DNA of 63,158 nucleotides, filler included, from Platydemus manokwari (lineage: Eukaryota): assembly GCA_037951405.1 (NCBI GenBank). It is 5 parts of 5 records of this genome, joined end to end, with 100 filler letters (N's around TTAATTAATTAA, not from the genome) between each part and the next. Parts side by side here need not be neighbours in the genome. Positions count along the whole stretch, not along the records: positions 1 to 9,332 come from JBBMOY011263318.1; positions 9,433 to 18,300 come from JBBMOY011307650.1; 3 more parts are not named here. One strand, written 5' to 3'. The position numbers and the translations under genes were made by a program. The notes beneath the pieces are model-generated. The model was not told where the DNA came from. It made no database searches and worked only from the letters and a program-made list of their open reading frames with translations. Positions 1-9,671 of the stretch are shown one piece after another. Numbering within the stretch: position 1 is the stretch's first letter; each line of letters starts with the position of its first letter.

Positions 1-139
1 AATGCAACTGCCTCTTCCTCGTTTCGAGGCAAATCAAAGAGATTCATATTATACAACTTACAGAAATCAATAAAGATTAAGAAATCAATAATGAATTTAA
101 AAAGATTAAAAATATGTACAGCGATAACCGTATAGTACC
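1..139 (-). mobile_element. Left end of a Merlin (IS1016/ISXO2-like) DNA transposon: TIR and transposase N-terminus, running off the window
   Basis: Minus strand starts GGTACTATACGGTTATCGC (139-121), a GG-starting Merlin-like terminus. ATG at 47 gives MNLFDLPRNEEEAVA, resembling Merlin transposase N-termini (MNLFxLPxxEEEAVxFLQ). The upstream pPolB homology stops exactly at this terminus. Confidence 0.6.
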
Positions 140-900
140 AAAAATTCTTTCTCTTTAAATATTGGTTTAACCACTTCATGATTTGATATTAAGCAAATCG
201 ATTGTTATAAATATTTTTTACGTATTCTATATTTATTCAAAAATCTTGTAACAAATGAATTGAGAATGTCCATTTTCATTGGATAATACATTCATGTTTC
301 TACACAACACATAGTGATTTTTATAAAGTAATAAATTACATCCTAAAGGACCATAATGGGTAAAATTTTTGCCCACCATCAATTTAAAATATATTGAATT
401 CAATATTATAGTGTTTTTTTTAAAATTCTTTAATTCCTTCTAAACTACTTGGAAATTATTTTCCACTTAAATTCAGTACATTGCCATATGAGATGTATTT
501 TGTAACTCTATTTTATTATCTAAAACTCGGTGTAAATAAGCTAAAATAGACCACATAAAATTTTTTATCAGTATTTCTAATATTTATAATTCATTTTTTA
601 TTAAAGGTAATTAAATATATGTTCCTTTAAATAATTATTGATATTTTGATAAATGAATTTCTACATTTCCAATTATTTTTGAGTTTAAAATTTTTTGAGT
701 TTAAACGAGTAGATATTATTCCTCGCTATTTTATAAGATATTTATTTACATAGTAAATTTTTACGGAATTGATACTTAATCTTTCACTTTTTTAATTCAA
801 CCACATTGAACAATTATTTACCATTTTGTTTCTGTTTCAAAATTATCAGATTTTTGAATTTGGTTATTTGTCATTTATAGATCCATTTTTTTTACTTTTC
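140..900 (-). pseudogene. Polinton/Maverick protein-primed DNA polymerase B, N-terminal region, decayed
   Basis: Frameshifted translation KGTYI*LPL..IINIRNTDKKxFMWSILAYLH..NRVTKY..CNLLLYKNHYVL..SQFIC matches the Polinton pPolB N-terminal signature (GSSYIxLP..IINIxNxDxKCFxWSILAxLHP..LLLYxNHYxLIK). Confidence 0.8.
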
Positions 901-1034
901 ATTGGATTTTTTCCTATTTTCTAAAGGTTGAAGATTTTTCAAAGATTTCATCCTTTTTTCATTCTTAATTACATTTTGAACCCTAAAAACACCCTTGGCT
1001 CAAATTATTTCTCTATCACTCAATATCTTATATT

Positions 1035-1490
1035 TCAAAGCTGTTTGTTGGAATGAATATAATTTATCGAAATCGTTTTTGATTGCTTCACTAACTTTTT
1101 ATAGAGTATTATTTTACTAATTAATCCTATCTGAAATAATTCTTCAATACTAGATTTTATAACAATGAATAAATCAACTCCTAAACCAGAATATAAGGTA
1201 ATTAACGGAAAAATTCCAACATCATAAAGAGTGCATAAAATAAAAGACGCACACTCTAAAATTTTGCTAGATATGAAAAGTAAAGGTTTTAATTCACTAT
1301 CAACTTTGGTCCATTTACTTTTTAATTTAGTATAGTAAGCCAATAATTCTTCTAAAACTCTTTTCTCGTTCATAAAATTTTCAATTCTAAGTTTATTAAT
1401 GTTTACCTTTAATGTATCATTTTCATAAGCTAGATAAGATGGACTCAATTTTCGAAAATCTGGTGGCACTTGGATTATTTAAATTATCAA
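1035..1490 (-). pseudogene. Polinton/adintovirus accessory ORF (coiled coil plus hydrophobic hairpin), truncated
   Basis: ORF 1035-1469 has a charged helix (KLRIENFMNEKRVLEELLAYYTKLKSKW) followed by two hydrophobic segments. It lies between the penton and pPolB relics in the same orientation. Confidence 0.45.
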
Positions 1491-2199
1491 GATTTGATGT
1501 CAAACAGCGAATGCAGATGAGGATAAACTTTTTGATCTTCCATTTAATTTAGTATAATATAAAATTTAGTATTATAACAAGTCGGAATTTTTCTGTCAAT
1601 AAATCTTTGATGTCTAATCTTGGTTGGTCAGTTAAAATTTTATTAGTTATAACATATTCCAGGAAATTATTCTTTATTGATTTATTAGGAAATATATTAC
1701 CAATAAATCAATTGACTTTATATCTACTATTGGTTTCTTTAGGAAATCCATTATTTAAGTAAATAGTAAACTCTTCATTTTTTTGAAGGTTTATTAAATT
1801 TATAAATTAATAATCAAGATTTTATAGTTATGAAATGCCAGTTCTTTCTCAAGTAAGGAAAAGAATATTAATCAGCACATATACATTCTGTTCTATATTG
1901 ATTATCCCATGAAACAATTCCATCTTTTGTTCCAATACAACTTACCTTTAAACCAACATATTGAACAAGAAATATGAAACTAAATTTCAGATATCTACCC
2001 TCTCTCTCTCCTTATTCACTTGAGCAAGTTTAATTTTCATAGTAAAATTACCAACAACTCCTATATTTTTCGTTTTACTGTTATAATATTTCCAGTAAAA
2101 ATTTCCAGTAATAAAATTTCCAGAATTAAAATTTATTTTTCCTTTTATAATTATTTTACATTTTAAATTGGCTTTATCGAGTTCTTTTTTACATTAAAT

Positions 2200-2439
2200 A
2201 TCTGGCTTGGTATCACCGTGTGTAATTCGATTAATTTTATACTCGCCAATTTCTCTAGCACCAGGTGGGATTCTATATAATTTATTCTCGTATTCCAAAA
2301 AATTATTATTATTATTAATATTATAAAAAGAATTATAAACATTTATTGATTTTAAACCAATTTCATATTCAAATCTCTCACCTAACTGTAAAGGTACTGA
2401 AAAATTAAATTTCCATTCTGATTATTTACCAGTAGACAT
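2200..2439 (-). pseudogene. Polinton/adintovirus minor capsid (penton) N-terminus, decayed
   Basis: MSTGK*SEWKFNFSVPLQLGERFEYEIGLKSINVYNSFYNINNNNNFLEYENKLYRIPPGAREI matches the penton N-terminal pattern (F..P.xL...YEIxL..xxxYxSFxNI...NN.F.Y...IPxGxYEI). Confidence 0.7.
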
Positions 2440-2529
2440 TGTTACTGTGCTATATTTTTTGGATATAATATTCGTAAAAACATCTTTTGTTTCTATCAAA
2501 TTTTATTATTTTAAAAGTCACACGCATTT

Positions 2530-3400
2530 TTCGAATATTTAAACAAATATGAGATTTATCTAACTTACATCTGCCGTTGTTTTTGAAATCTTTAGTTGTC
2601 CCTGGAAATCAAGAAGCACTTGATATGGGCTTAAAAACTTTGATATCCTGCAAGGACCTTCATATCGATTTCCGTTCTTCTTTATCTTGTGTGGTTTTCT
2701 CTTCGTTAAAAATTCTCCAATTGCAAAAATTCGACAACCTCTTTTTTCAACTTCAAATTTCCTCATGTTTGTGGTTATTGATTTTAGCTAGTTTTCCGTT
2801 TCTTTGATTATCTTGCCATGGTGACTTGGTTCATTTAGTCGTAACTCATACATAATAATTCGTCGTCTAAACAATATTTCAAAAGTAAAATGTTTAATTG
2901 AACTCTGATATGTTACATTGATGATAATTTCTAACCGAAGTATTAATTTATCCCAAGTCAGGTTCTCAGATGTTAATTTTGTTACCATCATGTCTCGAAC
3001 CTCCCTAATAATCCTTTTGATTAAGCGATTTGCTTGGTTGATATGGGGAGATAAATTCTTGCTACTACCTTCATTTCTTTCCCCTCGAAGACTCTACCTC
3101 AATTAGTGATCATTGATTTTGGAGCACCATGCTTGTAGATCCAATTATCGATGATAGACTTGGAAATACTGATCTCAACTTGTCGAATAAGTTTCAATAA
3201 GCTTACTAACTTACTGAATCTATCTACAAAGACCAACATATATTTGGTTTTAGTCTTGAATTTTCCAAAGTGCGCAACATTAACAATGAACTGTTCCAGA
3301 GGACGAAACTCTTATTCTCGAAACTTAATTTCTTTAGTCCGTCCAGTGTATAATATCATTCGAAGTGTACTTTAAAGGGTTGAATATCCTTGGAGTTGGA
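2530..3400 (-). mobile_element. Gypsy/Ty3 LTR retrotransposon integrase relic
   Basis: RPLEQFIVNVAHFG..KYMLVFVDRFSKLVSL..IIDNWIYKHGAPKSMITN*GRVFE..WDKLILRLEIIINVTYQSSIK..FEILF..RYEGPCRI (rve core plus GPY/F-like motif), with stops and frameshifts. Confidence 0.85.
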
Positions 3401-3494
3401 TATTATGAGTGAATTGATCAAGAAATATTTCAACAAATGGTTAATCTTTATTAGATATTAAACTATCAGTAATTGTCTGTGTGATAGTTTAACC

Positions 3495-3941
3495 CAGTGA
3501 TTTCCAACTGTTGCAAGTGGGCAAGCAGCTGTTTCCAAAATATCATTTTCGAATGCAAACCAAAAAAGTCGAATAGGTGTCAAAAAAATGAATCAGCACT
3601 ATACGTAATATATTGATATAATTGTATTCAACTGAGAACTGCGATTTCTTCAATGATACCACGGTTTGAGAAAATTTGTGCTGAAAAACAAGCTCAACCG
3701 TCGCATTAAATGCTTATGTTGTTGTAGTATTAATTATATATTCTTTTTTTGTTTTGTTATTATATTTCTTATAATAAATATATTATATTTTTACATAATA
3801 TTGTATATTATTTTGTAGCCCATTAAATAAATTATAATATCAGTTGAGTATTTATTAAATTTGATTTTTAGATAAATTTATGAGATGCAACAATTTGTTT
3901 TTAGAAGAGGGGCACCAGTACAAAAAGGTTGGAAACCATTG
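3495..3941. mobile_element. Non-autonomous hAT-type element (MITE)
   Basis: Imperfect TIRs CAGTGATTTCCAAC / GTTGGAAACCATTG. The 8-bp flanks GTTTAACC / ATTTAAGG are partly matching, consistent with a decayed TSD. Confidence 0.55.
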
Positions 3942-4074
3942 ATTTAAGGCAATGAAAAAATCTTTTAATTATAAAATGATTATTATCTATTTGTTTTTAT
4001 CATAAACATCACTGTTATATTCTTATATAATCATTTAAAGAACTTCTACTTTGCTTCTACTTATGGAATTCTAT

Positions 4075-4335
4075 AGTCGCTGTAAGCCGCTGCTATTTTA
4101 TAAACCACACATTAAAACGAACTAAAAAGTCACGAAATCAAATTATGTATTTAAATAAAATAAAATTTTATATAAAATTAATTAATCGAAAATTTAATTC
4201 AATTTTAATATGATATTTTTAACACGCCATTTTCTTTACAATTTTTGATTATCATTGTATTATTAATCGACATTGTATCGAATATTCCACATATTTAACT
4301 ACATAAAAACTCTAATTCTTCTATCCTTTATATAT
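4075..4335 (+). repeat. Dispersed/satellite-like repeat family C, 5' part of a unit split by insertions
   Basis: ACCACACATTAAAACGAACTAAAAAGTCACGAAATCAAATTATGTATTTAAATA matches 60232-60790, 5981-6190 and (inverted) 48130-48260. Confidence 0.8.
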
Positions 4336-4348
4336 AAAGTAAAAAAAA

Positions 4349-5572
4349 TGTTAAGTTGGCGGTTTGATTTTAGATACTACTGGTTCCTGGGTGCTTCAGT
4401 AACTGGTGTGATGACCGAATTACTGGTAATTGTATAAATTTAAATTTAATATCTGAGCGCAGAGGAACCGAGGTTGCTCTGAGCCTGAAATAATTAACAG
4501 GTGATGAAACCCGAACAAACAATATTCTATGAATAGTTTAAAAATATTTGATCGTAGGATGACTACTTAATACCCGATCTAACGTTTTTCAGTCGTTGAT
4601 TGTTTACAAAGGATGCAATGTAACAATTATTTAACTCAATGATTTATTAATTATCACCCGAATTAACACGAGCTGAACTGATGAGTTACAAATATTTATT
4701 AATTACGAAAATGAAATACAACAGTTACTATTAAAAAAGAATACAAAAATTTGCTAATTAACCCGTACCTCGTCTAAGCGATTAACAGGAAAAATACGTG
4801 GAACAGACGAAGCGGATGACGTTAGTTAAAAATAGGAGATATTAGTTACCAAGGAGAAGTTTATCATTAAATGTGTTATCAATTTTAAATAATGATTGTG
4901 ATTAAAAATTATTATAAATTTATGGAAAGATTAAGCGTTAATCAAAATCAGTAATCGAAACTATAAAAGCTTACTATTCACGAATATCCTATCTACTGCA
5001 AGAGTTGAGTCAGCTTAATTCCATACGGAGATCGCAAAATGTTTTCTTATATTCACAGGTATTCCGTTGAACACAAATTTGGCTCTGATGAACTTCAAAC
5101 GATAACTTGCACAGATAATCAAATGTCCTGACGAAATCGATTATTTACTGAAAAAGGCTGTTGCTCAAAAGTTAGTTATATAATTGTGTCTCGATCAAGA
5201 TCGTCGACTGTATTTAAAATAGGCGTTTCGGCCACTATTTACGCCTATGACTTAATTATTTATGCAAATTCCTAACCTAATTATTCAATTTATTTGCTTA
5301 ATTATCTTATTTCTTAATACTTTTTGTCTACTTTAATAATTCTTGTTTATCTTATTTTATAATTTATAACAATTGTCTTAATTTATTATTTTTCTAATAT
5401 TTATTATCTATCTTATTTTATTCTATTATCTATTTATCTCTCCATTATTTATTATTCACCTATCCTTTGACTTAATATATTTTTATATATTTTTATTAGC
5501 TTATCATCTCCTATTGCTTTTCTCTTCATCGGCACATATCTCTCACTTTCACTATGTACTCAGCCTTGTACA
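4349..5572 (-). mobile_element. Probable solo LTR (~1.2 kb)
   Basis: TGTTAAG...CTTGTACA termini; non-coding and less AT-rich than the flanks. The TGTTAAG terminus is shared with the LTR family at 42197/47100. No clear TSD. Confidence 0.4.
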
Positions 5573-5980
5573 TGAATATACATTGATCAATATTTCATAC
5601 ATTAATTGTTTATTGTAATGAAAGATAACATAAAAAGATAATTGTTTTTACAGCACAAAAAAGTAATCGTTTGCACACAGGGTAACGGATAACTGTTCAA
5701 CTGTTCGGCTGCTTGACATCTTTGGGTGTGGCTTCAGCTGGACTTGCTTTTTGATTGGGAATCCATAGTCAAGGTACAACAGATTTACAATTACGGGGTG
5801 GTACTTTTGTGTTTAAAGCTATGAACAATTTAATATTTCATGGGTGATACCAGTGGGTTATTGCAAAATTGTGTTTGAATCGGGATATTATGGGCTTTAT
5901 GATATTGCAGGATCATTGTAAAATATGTTCGGGATATTGTTATAAAAATGTTGCATTTGAATGTGGACTGGTATCCAACA
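5573..5980. mobile_element. LTR remnant ending in TATCCAACA
   Basis: Terminus resembles the ...CCCAACA ends of other LTRs in the window. Repeat family C resumes immediately after it. Confidence 0.4.
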
Positions 5981-6190
5981 TATATATCCTCTATGTCTTG
6001 TCTACATCTTCTTTATATCTTCTTTATATATTCTCTATACAGTCTCAACATCTTTCTCTTTCTTTTCCATAATATTCAGTCAATGATCTTCTCAAAATCG
6101 AATCCAGATGCGTGATCAACATGTAAACCGCTACAACTTTATAAACCACATATTAAAAACGAATTGGAACGTTTTAATTCAATTTAAAAT
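5981..6190 (+). repeat. Repeat family C, continuation of the split unit
   Basis: CTACATCTT..CAAAATCGAATCCAGATGC..ACCACATATTAAAAACGAA matches 60500-60650. Confidence 0.75.
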
Positions 6191-6289
6191 TCTCACAGCC
6201 ACGATAACTGAAAAATCATAAGTATTATCAAACAAAGAATCTAATTTGCTAAAATAAGTAAATAAAAAAATCAATATTTATTTTACATA

Positions 6290-7900
6290 GACAATGTCTT
6301 CACGACACAGTCGGGAAACCCTCACGTTGACTTAATAAAAATTGATTAATTTCACTTTTTACTTGAATAATTTGATTGAACGGGAAAGTTATCTGCGATC
6401 CATCGAAAACGGCAGCATCGAATATTGGGATTAGCCAGTGATTTTTTTGATTTTCCAATTTTTGATGAAGGTAAATGATTAGTAGACCGATGTGAGAAGC
6501 TTGTAGACTGGCTTGTAATTTGGTGAAATTTTGAATGATACACTTGAATATGACAAAACAGAACATATTATGAGAAATTGATTTTTGCTGGAAATTCTGT
6601 TTCAAACATGGGCTATTTCTATTTGAAACCTTTTGAAGAGTGAACTGTAATTTTTAGATATTGATATGTATTTGTTATAAAATAAAATTTATTTTCGTTG
6701 ATATTGACTTACACTTAAGTAAATCTCTAAGTATTGAAGTTAGAAAGTGGTTTGAGAAAGAGGTTTGTATTAAAGCTGAAATGACAATTCTGAATTTTCA
6801 AAAATCGGAATTATTCAAGTTTTTAACTCAAGGATTTTTATAGGTGATTTGTGGGTTTCCAGTTTCCGTCTTTTGCATTATGAATCTAATCAGTAATAGT
6901 CAACTCTAATTTTTCTAATTAGCTGTCGGGATATTTTGCGCCACGCCTATGCGTGTGTATTATTTTCCTGGGATTATTTAATGGTTTTTGTCGTCATTTT
7001 TCAAGCCAGTTTGCTAACAAACCCAACGGAATCATACCGTGATTCAAGGATTTGGCATTATCTTATAAAATTTACACAACAAGAACATATTTTTAACAAA
7101 AGCTTAAGTGCAGGTTTGAACCCTGTCAAGTATGAGAAGGCGATTCATCAAGCTTTGGACTTGTGGTTTGAAATGCATCGGTAAAGATACATTGAGATGA
7201 TGTGTAAATAATGAAATGGATATTTAATATGAGAAAAATCAATAACTTAATGCAAGTGATGTAAAAATATTATCATGCATAGCATTGTCAAATCTTTCTA
7301 ATAAGAATGGATCAATCAAATTCGACGAACATACAGATGCATTTAAACGAAAATATAATTGATTAAAACACTTCCAAAATTTGAAACGATTTCATTGGTT
7401 GATAAATCATTGGAATGAAGAAATACTTAATGAATCAAATTATTTACATTCCCATCTTTCTCATTACTAAAATATATAAAAAACGCTGTTAAAGAATAAA
7501 ATGAAAATTATTTTTGATAGCCATTATGAAATAACCCCAGAAGAAAAAAATAAAGAAAACAAGAAAATGACGAAAGATAATCAACAAATAGTAGGATACT
7601 CGATAATTTTTTGCACATTTAAATGCTATCAAATTAAAACATTTTTTCTTAATTTCCTTTCATTTTGTTCTTTTGTATAACTTTATATTTTTGATTGATT
7701 CAATGATCAGCAATTCGAAATGATAGAAAGTATTCATTGGCATTTTCGTACATCGTTAAATGTGGTCTGATGTTTGAATGTATAGGGCTAATTGTTTTTA
7801 TTATTATTGCATGAAGTCAGGTAATTTATTTTTCAAAAGGCCATTTTCGGAGCCGGAAATGCTATTATTCAGCTTAATTGACAGCAGAGATAAATTATTT
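6290..7900 (+). pseudogene. Endogenous negative-strand RNA virus L-polymerase fragment (N-terminus to motif A), decayed
   Basis: In order: FLISCRDILRH (cf. rhabdovirus FLLMxKDxxxxR), RIWHY, HYEITPEEKNKENKKMTK at 7522-7575 (motif F, KExELK-like), KYSLAF/RTSL at ~7728-7760 (motif A, cf. filovirus KYNLAFR), then MKSGNLFFKRPFSEP. Many stops and indels; the relic may extend to ~9000. Confidence 0.5.
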
Positions 7901-9332
7901 GAGTTAATATGGTTTTGACTCGTTTTTTTTCGATATTATAAAATAAAGTTTATCCTCAAAATTAAATTAATCGACAAAACACCAGCTCTTTTCAATAACA
8001 GTGGATGAAAATCATTTATTATCTTAAGTAAAATATAATTTAATTCCATGAAGATTTTATTAAACATCAGTTAATGATTTTGAGATTCATTCTTTACAGA
8101 ATGCAATTTCTAATAATTTTTTTTAATTAATATGGATTAAAATTGTACTTCGTCTGAAGCATCTTCATTCATTTATGAAAATGACAAAGCAATTTTCGAA
8201 ACTCATAATTAAAACCTATTGTTTAAAAATACATTATCGGGTTTATAAAGAAATGAATTACTATAGGGTTAGGATTTGCAGTCGATTTAAATTTATCAGT
8301 GAAAATTTATAAAATTTCTCGAAATTTTAAATGAAAACTAAATTTTTAAATGTTGATTCGTAAAAGTAATTTGATCTTTGATGAAGTTCTGAAATACAAG
8401 AAATATCAATAAATATCAATCGATGATTGTTGAAAATAACGAAATTTAATATTAAATTTCCTTTTGCGAAATGGATTCAAAATAAATCACATCAAATAAT
8501 CTCAAATTTATTATTGAAGCTGTTAATATCAAGTTTGGAATCAACCTTGTTTATCAGCACAATGTTATGTGTATTCGAATGGTTTTAATATTTAAATCCA
8601 CACGAAGAAGTTTCAAAATTCATATTTGCACTATGCTTAGTGAGAGTAAAACAATTTAAAATTATTTTACAAAGTTTAAAGAGAGTATACACACTATCCC
8701 ATTAGCCAATCGAATCCGTCTAAAACAACATGATTTAATTGGATTTCTGGTTTTTATTAAGGCATGCCAACAGAAAAATGAACTATCATATGCACCAATT
8801 GGAATGACGTTTGTAGAAAATTCTTCAAACAGTCAACGGAAATATTGAATGGATAAAAATCAATGCTCAAGGTATTAATCATTGCGCGCAGAATTAAAAC
8901 TATAAAACAAATCAGATCTTGAGAGAAATTGCCCGTCTGTAGGTAACGTTACCTTTTTTTCTAGAGCTAAGATCATTAGTGATATGATATTCTTTAACAT
9001 CTTTTATGGTAGATGTTTTATAATACTTTTTGTAGAGAACTACAATTTAGTTTATTAACCGAGGGATTTAATAATAATGATAATTACTTAACAAATCGAT
9101 TGTTTAAATCATTTAAGAAATTACATTGATTTTCTGCTATTTATCCTGAAACTTGCTATAAAAATACCTATAAATGAAATATTTATTTAGGTGAAATAAC
9201 ATGAACTATAAATTTTAAGTACATAACTTTAGAAAATGCTAAGGTTGTGATAAGCATTGAAAGATTGCAATATTGCTAATACACAAAAGACTGAAGATTC
9301 AATTTTCAATTGGTTTATAATTATATAATTAC

Positions 9333-9432
9333 NNNNNNNNNNNNNNNNNNNNNNNNNNNNNNNNNNNNNNNNNNNNTTAATTAATTAANNNNNNNNNNNN
9401 NNNNNNNNNNNNNNNNNNNNNNNNNNNNNNNN
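9333..9432. other. Artificial assembly spacer
   Basis: 44 N + TTAATTAATTAA (stops in all six frames) + 44 N. Confidence 0.98.
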
Positions 9433-9671
9433 GATTATTTTTCAAGTTAAGCCTTAAAGGTTGATAATAATATGTTATGATATATTAGAAATCTATAATG
9501 TAGCCAATAAGAAGGCTTTGGTGAAATATCAGGTTTGTTCCATCATTGACAAGCATAATTTAAAAATTTATTTTATTATCTTTAATGTCTGTCATATTTA
9601 TTTAAAAATAAAAATAATATTCAGCTGATAATTTTTTGAACTTTGTATTGATTTCGAAATACTTATTCAAT

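Noticed and set aside
6259-6280. TAAATAAAAAAA-TC-AATA as a viral gene junction before the L relic
   Set aside because: Indistinguishable from background in DNA this AT-rich.
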